From Paraspadella gotoi (taxonomy: Eukaryota > Animalia > Chaetognatha), in the NCBI GenBank assembly GCA_051294375.1, contig JBJCIZ010000991.1, positions 1 to 7,507 of the forward strand: 7,507 bases of DNA. The letters run 5' to 3'. The notes under the pieces were generated by a model. That model worked only from the letters and a program-made list of their open reading frames with translations. It was not told the DNA's origin and did no database searches. Of this stretch, positions 1 to 7,507 are shown piece after piece. The stretch's first letter is position 1. Each line of letters starts with the position of its first letter. Both the position numbers and the translations under genes were made by a program.

Positions 1-1
1 G

Positions 2-160
2 ATTGGGCCTAGAGATGGGAAAGGCGGTGATGACATGAATTGTGCTCGCATGACCGCTGAGTACATCGAAGAAGACGAAAGTAAGTTACAAGAAGACGTT
101 CGACGCCTTTTCTACCGCGACTTCGTCCCGGCGCCGAGCCCCATCAACGACGAGACTTAG
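2..160 (+). pseudogene. Clean fragment of the pol protease-RT linker (IGPRDGKGGDDMNCARMTAEYIEEDESKLQEDVRRLFYRDFVPAPSPINDET*)
   Basis: Open frame +2 from the window edge to TAG at 158-160. The duplicate at 269 shows the preceding residues are WTL, giving WTLIGP, which resembles the BEL/Pao (L)GW.L.GP motif. LQEDVRRLFY resembles the following L...V.RFW segment. Confidence 0.7.
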
Positions 161-268
161 CCCGGCCCCCCGCGTACGCCCCCTCTATCAATTCTTCTGA
201 CGTATTGTTCGGTCCCCTCTTTCCCCCCTGCCCCTCCCCTCTCCCCTCCCTCCGCCTCCCGCCCCCGC
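161..268. repeat. C-rich low-complexity tract between the two copies of the linker segment
   Basis: Runs such as cccctcccctctcccctccctccgcctcccgccccc. Similar C-runs at ~440-480 and ~1027-1046. Confidence 0.7.
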
Positions 269-276
269 TGGACGTT

Positions 277-500
277 GATTGGGCCTAGAGACTTGGGCAC
301 GACCACTCCTCGGCCGCAGATGACATGAACTTGTGTGCTCGCTTTATGACCGCCTGATAGCTATCGAATGAATTGGCCGGGACGAAAGTAAGATTTACAA
401 CAAGATAGCCACCCGGTTCGAATGACCTCCGCCTTTCTACCCCCCCCCCGAAACTGTTCCTTCGTTCCCCCCGCCTCCCTTCTGGCCGGCAGCAATCTCT
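277..500 (+). repeat. Insertion-rich direct duplicate of bases 1-~150
   Basis: Shared anchors: gattgggcctagaga (1-15 / 277-291), gatgacatgaa (29-39 / 319-329), gacgaaagtaag (74-85 / 381-392), cgcctttt/tctacc (104-116 / 430-441). The offset grows from 276 to 290, 307 and 326. Confidence 0.9.
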
Positions 501-519
501 CAAAAAATCCCGTTTCCCG

Positions 520-1500
520 CGTCTGACCGGCTTGAATTTGCGTATGGATTATGCATGCTTCAAGGCTTGTGGTCCCCGATCAATTTGGTGGGGTGCGAAA
601 GGTCCTCGACTGAAGTAGGTCATTACTTTGTGGGTTCTCTTTCCGTGGATGCCCGACGCTGTTTTATGGATAAAGGCTGCTCAGGATTGTAATGGTATGG
701 TGTATTCTGGTCCGTACGCCCTCAATGGCTTTCTGAATCGTCTTCCGCTCTCTCTCATGAGGAATACTTCGATTAACTTTACGTCCGCCTCGGAGACAAG
801 AAGAAAAGTGGTTGACGAGATGAAGAAGTTCGTCGGGAGGCGTCACGCGATTTCTCTTATTATGGCTGGACTTACAGATCGATCTGTCTTCCAGGGTCGC
901 TCTTCCCTCATGTGATTATTTTCCCTTTTTTTTTCTTCCTCAACACTCTGTGGCACGTCAATATAAATCGTTCCAGACAAAGAACAAAAAGGTTCGATGA
1001 GATGACGCACGACGCGCTGGTTGGGGCCCGCCCCCCGCCCCCCCCCGTCAAGTGTGNNNNNNNNNNNNNNNNNNNNNNNNNGCAGCGAGAACAATAAAAT
1101 CTCCGTCGGTTTGAGATGAAGTTTGCCTGATGGCACAGCTTAGGCTTCGTCTAAGTTCGACGACGAAGTTACGTCATACTCGATTGTAGGGTCTCCTGTA
1201 GCTATGAGAGGTAGGAAAGAAAGTTGTGCCGAGGATATCTTGAATGGGGAGTGATTCGGTACGGCATGCTTCTTAAACGTCTTCGTTCCTCACTGAGGAA
1301 ATTCGACGCCCCACGGAGACAAGAAGAAGTGGTTGACGAGATGAGAAGTCGTTGGGAGGCGTCACGCGACCAGGTAGGATACAGACGACCTTCGTAGTCG
1401 CCTTCCTCAGTGGATCTTCCCCTCCTTAGTCGTCGTCCTCCAGACTAAGAACAAGTATCAATATGACCTACTACGCATCGGGCATGTAGAGTTAAATGTC
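520..1500 (+). repeat. Two noisy direct copies of the pre-RT/RT N-terminal segment (~520-1056 and ~1082-1500) on either side of the 25-N gap
   Basis: cggagacaagaagaa..gtggttgacgagatga.gaagt.cgt.gggaggcgtcacgcga at 791-850 and 1314-1369. ccagac.aagaacaa..atgac at 973-1006 and 1440-~1467. Confidence 0.9.
1057..1081. other. Assembly gap (25 N)
   Basis: Run of 25 N. Confidence 0.99.
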
Positions 1501-2000
1501 TAACGACATGGCTTTTACCGACATTATATGACAAAAACATGCTGATGGCGAAGTATACTCGATTTCACGTCATTCCAGTTCGCTCTCTCCGCGGATATAC
1601 CGTGGATTTTTCCACAGTATTCGTGATGGAACGATTGATTCTTATGTTTTTGCCGGTATTAGTGGTACGAAGATGGATGCGTGTACTAATTGCTCTTTTC
1701 CGAATTATAGGATTCACACATCTTTTTGGCGCGAAAAGGAGTTCCCCAGTGCGTTACGCCAACTACACGTGAAGACGACGCAGGTCGTGACGAGCATATC
1801 CCCTTGGAGGTGGTCGAAACCATTAACAGACCAGTTCTATGTTGATGAATCCTTGGATCTACCCCGGTTATGAAAATCCGCGCTTGATCTGAAGGAAGCT
1901 TGGACGGTATGCTCCTCCGTCGTGGAGGTTTTGATCTCACCAAGTAGAAATGACCATCGCCCGACGGGCTGGAATAATTGAACCACGACAAAGTCAACGA
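1494..2000 (+). pseudogene. Reverse transcriptase domain of BEL/Pao pol, frameshifted
   Basis: Near-copy of the clean RT at 6991-7105 and 7394-7507. The supplied ORFs 1539..1772 (HLFGAKRSSPVRYANYT) and 1673..1873 (DQFYVDE) each capture in-frame parts. GGFDLTK is followed by TAG where the second copy has TGG (W). Confidence 0.92.
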
Positions 2001-2059
2001 ACGACTGCGAAAATCACTTACGACGTTCATGTACATGACGGAAAGACGAACTCACTTAG

Positions 2060-2885
2060 ACAAAGTACGGGCACACCATTACTTCATGCGTATGTAGTCT
2101 CATTCCGCTGTGAACGAATAAAACGATACAGAGAAAGTGTCTTTACTGAAACGCCAGATTCTGTCATTAACGCGATCGTTCGATCGTTGGGGCTAGTCTC
2201 ACCTTTCATTCATGAAACGGTCCAGCCGTTCCAAAAGGCGACGGCGGCGCGAGTTAATTGGACTCTCCGTTACGTATGAGATCATTATAAGGAATTCACT
2301 ATGGATGAGAAAATTGCCGAACTTAAAGACGTTGAGATCAAGCGATGGATTTGCAACGCCGCTGAGACAACATAACGGCTGAGTTGCATGTGTTTCTACG
2401 TATCATGAGGGATTATGTTGTTTCAGCATATATTCGTCGTTCCTTGCCTCGCTTGTAAGGAGGCGCATCTTCATGTCTCTTTGTCTTTTCTATGTCCGAG
2501 TCACGCCCTCGACTCCCGTCATAAGGCTTCCACACAATTTCATCCACAGTTTGAGGCTGACGCGGCGTGTTGCGCGAAGTTCGACATACAATCTAGTTAA
2601 GAATGCTCAAACGATCATTTCGAGAAGATCGTTCATCTGACAGATTCCGAACAGTCCTAAAAAAATATTCGATAGTAAAATCTAAATTTGCTGCATTTTT
2701 CTAAAACGTGTCACGTATTAGGAGTGTACGAACAGTCTCCGTATGGCATTACGTACGCAAGATGAAATCCCGAGTCAGATTGATTGCAGCCGGAAGCCTT
2801 CCGCGTCGACGATCCAATCAGTGGAAGCGATTTCCACGCCGCCTCATGATTTATCCGCGCTCAGGAAAGGGTGGCCGGAACAAAA
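2060..2885 (+). pseudogene. Post-RT region of pol (Pao Peptidase_A17 / RNase H-like domain), frameshifted
   Basis: KRQILSL..FD.LGLVSPFI..FQKATAARVNW (~2150-2262), ELKDVEIKRW (~2319-2348), AELHVF (LHVFSDAS-like), TDSE.VL (~2639-2660), RVSRIR..WHYV, GWPEQ (~2869-2883). Confidence 0.85.
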
Positions 2886-3284
2886 TCTTTCGTCAACGCC
2901 CTTATCGTCGAGTTGGATTGAGGCCAGAGGATTTGTTGAGTCTGAGAAAAAGCAAAATAAGACGTATCACAACCTAAGGAAATGAGGTACTTACCTTCGA
3001 GATGCTCGTCGATGTTCAGAATTTGTTAAGAAATCTCTCGTTGTCGCGGCGTATGATTAAAAATGCGATCTCCAACGCTGAGATCGAATTGGAGACGCGC
3101 TTGAAAGCGACGCACCGGCTACCACAAAAAATTGACATACAACGTTGGAAGATAAGAGACGCTGAAAAATTTATGTCCGCTACAACAACGACACTACGCC
3201 GACGAATATCACAGTTAAAAGAGAAAAGATGCGATCTCCAAGCCGAGCGGATATTAACGCTGAAAATAATCTAAATACGGCGGT

Positions 3285-4210
3285 TTTAACCCTCATTCTC
3301 TTGACGACACGATTGGATTCGCTGTTGCAGTGTTCAGAATTAGGAAAGCGAAATCTTCTGCCCTAACTGGACAATGCCGCCACCCTATCGTACCTTCAAG
3401 AGATTTTCCATCATAGACTATTACGTTCAACATCATCCACTTCATGGAGGTTCTATCGTGCGGTCGAACACGTTCTGTCACAATTCGACGCGCTTTGTCT
3501 ATTAACCGTTTCGAATGATTGCCAGGATTAGTGGTTATCTTGCGTTACGACGTTGCTTATTTGTCAGAAAAACTTTCGTCAACACGCGATCTAAAAGTTG
3601 GGAGAAATTCGGATGATCGATTAAACCGCGCGGTGCCCCTTCGAACGACCGCGTCGACGACTTTTCGGCCCCTTTCGCGGTCGTATGGGAGGCCGCGCAC
3701 TGCGAACGTTGGTACGCTTTTCACCTTGTATGAAAATGCGCGCCGTAATATTCGAAATGCTCATTGATTTGTCTTTCATCATCTTCATTAACGCCTCATA
3801 CGCATTTCGATGCGCGTCGTCCGGGATCCCAAAGCGTTTCTACTAGCGATCAACCGAACCAATTTTCACGGTCGCCGACGCGGAATGAGCGCTACCTGAA
3901 TAGATGTGAAGCGCGTAAAAACTGCGAATAGGCTAATGACTTCGAGTACGGTATTCGATTGATTCTTTCGCCGCCTCTTGCGCCGCATTAGCGTGGCGAG
4001 TATGGGAAACGTCTCGTAAAGTCAGCGAAAAACATTTACGTACTCTCTTCGAAAAAGAAACAACTATCATGTAGACAGTACTCGCGACGGCCCTGCTCAG
4101 CTCCTGAAGGCATCTTGTAAACAGACGTCCCCTCACAGAGAGGCCGACAGATCGCGCGACAGTTCTCGACGCAGCTAACGTCGGTCGTGAACCTAACTTT
4201 TATCCGGTTG
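3285..4210 (+). pseudogene. Integrase (zinc-binding plus catalytic core) of BEL/Pao pol, frameshifted
   Basis: CRHPIV at 3375. C.xC.QK at ~3554-3570. PFE.T.VD.FGP at ~3637-3672. RW..LFT.CMKMRAV.FEMLIDLS..FINA at ~3707-3795. TNF.G.ADAE at ~3858-3885. SPPLAPH.G.WE.RLVKSAK and EGIL.RRPLT. All were read across small indels. Confidence 0.88.
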
Positions 4211-4249
4211 TTCACGCCCTCTTGAGAAAGGATAATAGTCCCACCGGGG

Positions 4250-4588
4250 ACTCTCTATGGTGAGGCGATTGAGAGCTCTTTGAAAGTAAGCTAAGACGGC
4301 ATTGTGATGATTTTTGACATCTGGACCAAAGAAGACGTAAGTGGACTTTTACAAGAAGCAGAAAATGAGTCCACCACCAAGAAAATACTTTAAAAAGATC
4401 ATCCGATTATAATAGATGAATTGAACACGACGAGACCCAATGGAATACTAGCCGTTGTCGATTCGTGTATGGAACCGGGAAGTCACGTGGCGACGCGTTA
4501 CGTCGTGCACGGCAAAATGACAAATTTTATTTATCGGATCGTAACCTTTGGTCCATTAGAAAAGCTTATTGATATATTGAATCGCTAA
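4250..4588 (+). pseudogene. C-terminal DUF5641-like domain of BEL/Pao pol with probable terminal stop
   Basis: FDIWTKE..GL..K (FW.RW.KEYL-like), IIIDE..RP.W..VDS.....HV.R.....PLEK, ending PLEKLIDILNR* with TAA at 4586-4588. GC content drops sharply right after it. Confidence 0.65.
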
Positions 4589-4875
4589 TTATAATACTTA
4601 GACGCAAATCGAATGAATTAATTAGTTCTCATATTATTGACTTTCCTTTCTTCCATTCACATGTTCATCGTGATAAGATAATATAGATAGACAGAGCAAT
4701 AACTCCCGGTATCGGAGGCCAATGACTTAGACGAATAAGAAAATATTATACTTAAATTATTGTATTTATTAGATTTTGATAACTATTTGTACAATATTGA
4801 AAATAAAAAATAATACATTTCTTTGTTACTTTTCTTATTCATTGTTTGTCACTTCAAATTTTTATGCTCATTTGA
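4589..4875. other. AT-rich non-coding tract after pol (3' UTR or LTR-like), with AATAAA at 4802-4807 followed by T-rich sequence
   Basis: The compositional shift is directly visible. The poly(A)-signal role is inferred only. No clear polypurine tract or LTR termini were found. Confidence 0.45.
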
Positions 4876-4978
4876 CCTAGACTACTAACGTAACACAACC
4901 CCTACGTTATATTACACAGCGGCAATTCCGAAATACGGCTGGATATTTAAGATGCATCCAGCAAGTCGATTATCCGAC

Positions 4979-6250
4979 GAGCGCTGGGGGGGTGTTATTC
5001 ACCAGGCATAACAACCACAGTATGAGATACACTACAGTTCAATTGGTTATCGGAACTCGCGGCATGTGGAGTTAGCGCTGCGTGATAGAAGAAAGTTCGA
5101 AGGATCCGTGGTTTATTGACTTCTCATGTCGTGCGCCTTACAGAGGAAATGGAAAAGAAGATTGAGTCTCCTGGGGCAATGCCGGAATGCTGGTGTCTTC
5201 TACTGATCGCGCAGAGAGCGCGTGGACCGTGTGAAGAGCAGTACGGGAGACGTAGGAGAGTAAGGTCGGTGCAGGGTGAGGTGTGAGAGCGACAGCGTAG
5301 TGACGTCGGACGACCATTAGGTCCACGTCGCATGGCGCGAAGTATTGGATCAGTAGCGGAGCAGACTACCGCTCCTTTAGTAATCCGGGGAGGGCGGGGG
5401 CGGAGGACGTAGTGACGACATCCGGTCAGTGGCGGGGGTGAACGCCGCGCAGGCGCGGCTCGCTGGGGCCGACAGTTCTCGATCCCCTTCTTTCCCCCGA
5501 GGTGTGCGCAAGCTCGAGCTCCTCTTCTATATCACGGCTACTACGACGCGAGCAGGCACGGAGAGGCAACGGGGCGAGTGGCGCGAGAGGGGCAGAAGAA
5601 TCCAAGCGGCTGAAACATTATATTTTCCAATTAACACAAAAGCGCAAGAAGGAACAGAACGCCAAGCCATTTTCATTTAAGATCGGAATCGGTGCCACAA
5701 GCGGTGGCTGGAGAGCGCGAGCTCATCTCGGCGTCGAGTCCTCTCCCCCACCACCCCCAGCCCTTTGTCAGCTGGTACCGGGCACAACGGGTGGCCGCCC
5801 CAGCCGCGCGCGGGATACGACGAAAAGAAGTAGATGGGGGCATGGACAGATGAAAGACGAAGATCCTTAGACGTGCCACGGGACTGAGACTGAGACGAGT
5901 TCGGTGTTCACAGGGTGGGGACCGGAAGCCGAGGCCCATCGTATCATTTCCCCATTCTTCAGCTGCCGGAATTTCTAAATAGTGTGTCTCGACGCTATTA
6001 AATGGAGAGGAAGACGCGGAACGAGGAGCAAAGGAGCCGGGTCGAACGCCGATCTATCACTGGCAATGCTGGCGTCACGCGATTCATCCACACACACGCA
6101 ACACACTTCAAAACGCTCAAGTTTCGATTACAACACCCACAGAACCTGTACATCGAGAGTTTAGATTGAATTATAATAATTTCTATACCTTAAATATACA
6201 TTGAATCTATATGTTTCATAACCAATATGATTTGTGAATTGATTGCTCAC
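4979..6250 (+). mobile_element. Second, very degraded BEL/Pao integrase and 3' fragment
   Basis: cgc tgg ggg (g) gtg tta ttc acc .. ata aca acc reads RWG-VLFT.ITT (4982-~5016). gta agg tcg gtg reads VRSV (5260-5271) after a WER-like stretch. Exact cgacagttctcga at 4157-4169 and 5470-5482. accggaag (~5921) versus accgggaag (~4474). aattataata at 4587-4596 and 6169-6178. The anchors are colinear with 3705-4660. Confidence 0.5.
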
Positions 6251-6499
6251 ATTTCTCCTCTACTTCTCTCCCGTATCCCCCTCCTGCCCCTTCATCCCAT
6301 TCCAGTAAGGCGGAAACATTCGCATACCGGGATCGCCGAAACACATGCGCCAATATTGGGATATTTCTTAGACTAGGCGACGCACTCGGCATTAGGACCA
6401 AAGTCAAACAACTAATGAGAGACTTCGAATCGACCTCTATGCTCGCTTCGACTAATCAGAATGTCTGGGGCAACACAGTGAGAAGTGAGCGGAGGGACT

Positions 6500-6980
6500 T
6501 CGCGAGGGTGGAAAAGGGAAGAGACGGCACAGCGGAGGGAGATCGGAGGGCCAAAGTGAGGCGTGGCTGCGAAATGGAGGAGCGGCGATCAAAGGCGCTC
6601 AAGGTTCTACCGACGAGCTTCGAGAATACTACGGGAGAGCCAATCCGGAAAAGAGGTGAGAGCGATGGGAGTGGGAGAATTACATAGCTTGGCACGAAAG
6701 TATAGTCGTCCACAGAGTGAGTAGCGACGAAGTGTAGTCGAGGAAACGTCGGTGCGATTTGCCCGCCCCTCATGCTCGATGTCGAGGCCCGCCGATGCGT
6801 TTCGCTGGGGGGAGCGGGGGAGGTCTTGTAGAATTCCGGGCTCCACCCTGGGATTACGCTCAGCATCGAAAGGCCACAGAAGAACCTGGCGCGATACTTT
6901 TTCGGCCACCAAATCGTCAATTCTATGCAGACAACGCCAGACCTACGCAAGTCTTATCTCAGCGGGGGGGCGGCTGGCCC
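6500..6980 (+). repeat. Probable very noisy further copy of the pre-RT linker
   Basis: ttctaccgacgagcttcg (6605-6622) versus ttctaccgcgacttcg (110-125). cgacgaagt at ~6725 and ~1161. The segment lies directly upstream of the second RT. Confidence 0.4.
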
Positions 6981-6981
6981 G

Positions 6982-7507
6982 AGAGGTAAATGTCTTAACG
7001 ATGAGCTTCTTACCGGGCCCGATTATATGACGAACATGCTGGGAGTATTACTTCGATTTCGACGTCATCCAGTCGCTCTCTCCGCGGATATACGTGGATT
7101 TTTCCNNNNNNNNNNNNNNNNNNNNNNNNNNNNNNNNNNNNNNNNNNNNNNNNNNNNNNNNNNNNNNNNNNNNNNNNNNNNNNNNNNNNNNNNNNNNNNN
7201 NNNNNNNNNNNNNNNNNNNNNNNNNNNNNNNNNNNNNNNNNNNNNNNNNNNNNNNNNNNNNNNNNNNNNNNNNNNNNNNNNNNNNNNNNNNNNNNNNNNN
7301 NNNNNNNNNNNNNNNNNNNNNNNNNNNNNNNNNNNNNNNNNNNNNNNNNNNNNNNNNNNNNNNNNNNNNNNNNNNNNNNNNNNNNNNNNNNNNAGGAAGG
7401 CTTGACGGATGCTCTCCGTCGGGGAGGTTTTGATCTCACCAAGTGGAAATGCTCATCGCCCGCGGTCCTGGAAGATGAACCCGACAAAGTTACGAACGGC
7501 GAAAAAT
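6982..7507 (+). CDS. BEL/Pao reverse transcriptase, second copy, partial, spans an N gap and runs off the window
   Basis: Frame +1 reads RGKCLNDELLTGPDYMTNMLGVLLRFRRHPVALSADIRGFF [gap] EGLTDALRRGGFDLTKWKCSSPAVLEDEPDKVTNGEK, with no stops or frameshifts in the called bases. This matches the BEL/Pao RT pattern SLND.LLTGP....L..VLLRFR...A..ADI..MF and GGF.L.KW.S. It is absent from the supplied ORF track, probably because it has no stop in the window. Confidence 0.93.
7106..7393. other. Gap or masked block (288 N)
   Basis: Run of 288 N within the RT. Confidence 0.99.

Larger units (their letters stand above)
1..4588 (+). mobile_element. BEL/Pao LTR retrotransposon internal pol region (linker-RT-RNase H-integrase-C-terminal domain), frameshifted, 5' end outside the window
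   Basis: Manual translation across frameshifts gives BEL/Pao motifs in the expected order: WTLIGP (269-286), PDK..VR/MTHDA (973-1016), CLND..LRF..ALSADI.GFF (~1497-1613), HLFGAK.SSP..ANY (~1718-1766), QFYVDE (1832-1849), GGFDLTK (~1924-1944), LGLVSPFI (~2188-2210), AELHVF (2378-2395), VSRIR..WHYV (~2708-2755), SPPLAPH..WE.RLVKSAK (~3968-4030), EGIL.RRPLT (4106-4137), FDIWTKE (~4313-4333). Confidence 0.93.

Noticed and set aside
1-1500. Direct repeats interpreted as LTRs or a CRISPR-like array
   Set aside because: The repeated units encode internal pol sequence, lack TG...CA termini, and show no constant repeat-spacer periodicity.
1835-1849. YVDE as a genuine variant catalytic motif
   Set aside because: Removing one A (gat gaat to gat gat) restores YVDD, and the surrounding sequence is full of 1-nt indels.
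1494-2000. RT as part of a bacterial retron, DGR or group II intron system, with the duplicated segments as template and variable repeats
   Set aside because: The motifs and the downstream RNase H-like and integrase domains are BEL/Pao-type. Differences between copies are indels, not adenine-specific substitutions.
1494-4588. Programmed frameshifting or RNA editing to explain the broken pol
   Set aside because: The indels are too dense and irregular, and the second RT copy is open without them.
5355-5373. Short inverted repeat agcgg-N9-ccgct
   Set aside because: A 5-bp stem is expected by chance in GC-rich noisy sequence.
5385-5440. G-runs as G-quadruplex or GC-box promoter elements (also the C-runs at 161-268)
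   Set aside because: They lie in the lowest-quality stretches, where homopolymer expansion is a likely read error.
4589-6500. env-like or accessory ORF downstream of pol
   Set aside because: No long ORF, signal peptide or transmembrane segment is visible. The region is better explained as AT-rich DNA plus degraded integrase-like sequence.
285-7030. Supplied short ORFs as independent genes, including 6456..6950 (-, 164 aa) and 5502..5870 (+, 122 aa)
   Set aside because: The + strand ORFs within 628-3767 are frameshifted pieces of pol. The others are low-complexity R/S/G/P-rich translations of noisy sequence with no recognisable motif.

Overview
Eukaryotic (most likely metazoan) genomic or scaffold sequence made almost entirely of BEL/Pao (Belpaoviridae) LTR-retrotransposon pol sequence on the + strand. 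Bases ~1-4588 carry one colinear but heavily frameshifted pol: post-protease linker, RT (FYVD motif), RNase H-like/Peptidase_A17 region, integrase (zinc-binding and core), and a DUF5641-like C-terminus. An AT-rich tract follows. Then come a much noisier second integrase-like stretch (~4980-6250) and a further copy of the pre-RT/RT region (~6500-7507), whose flanks around a 288-N gap are clean and in frame. Several segments recur as insertion-rich near-copies, one pair flanking a 25-N gap, which looks like raw long-read gap-filling rather than true decay. None of the supplied ORFs is a credible independent gene. I see no evidence of a new biological system; the most interesting real biology is a possibly divergent and recently active BEL/Pao family.
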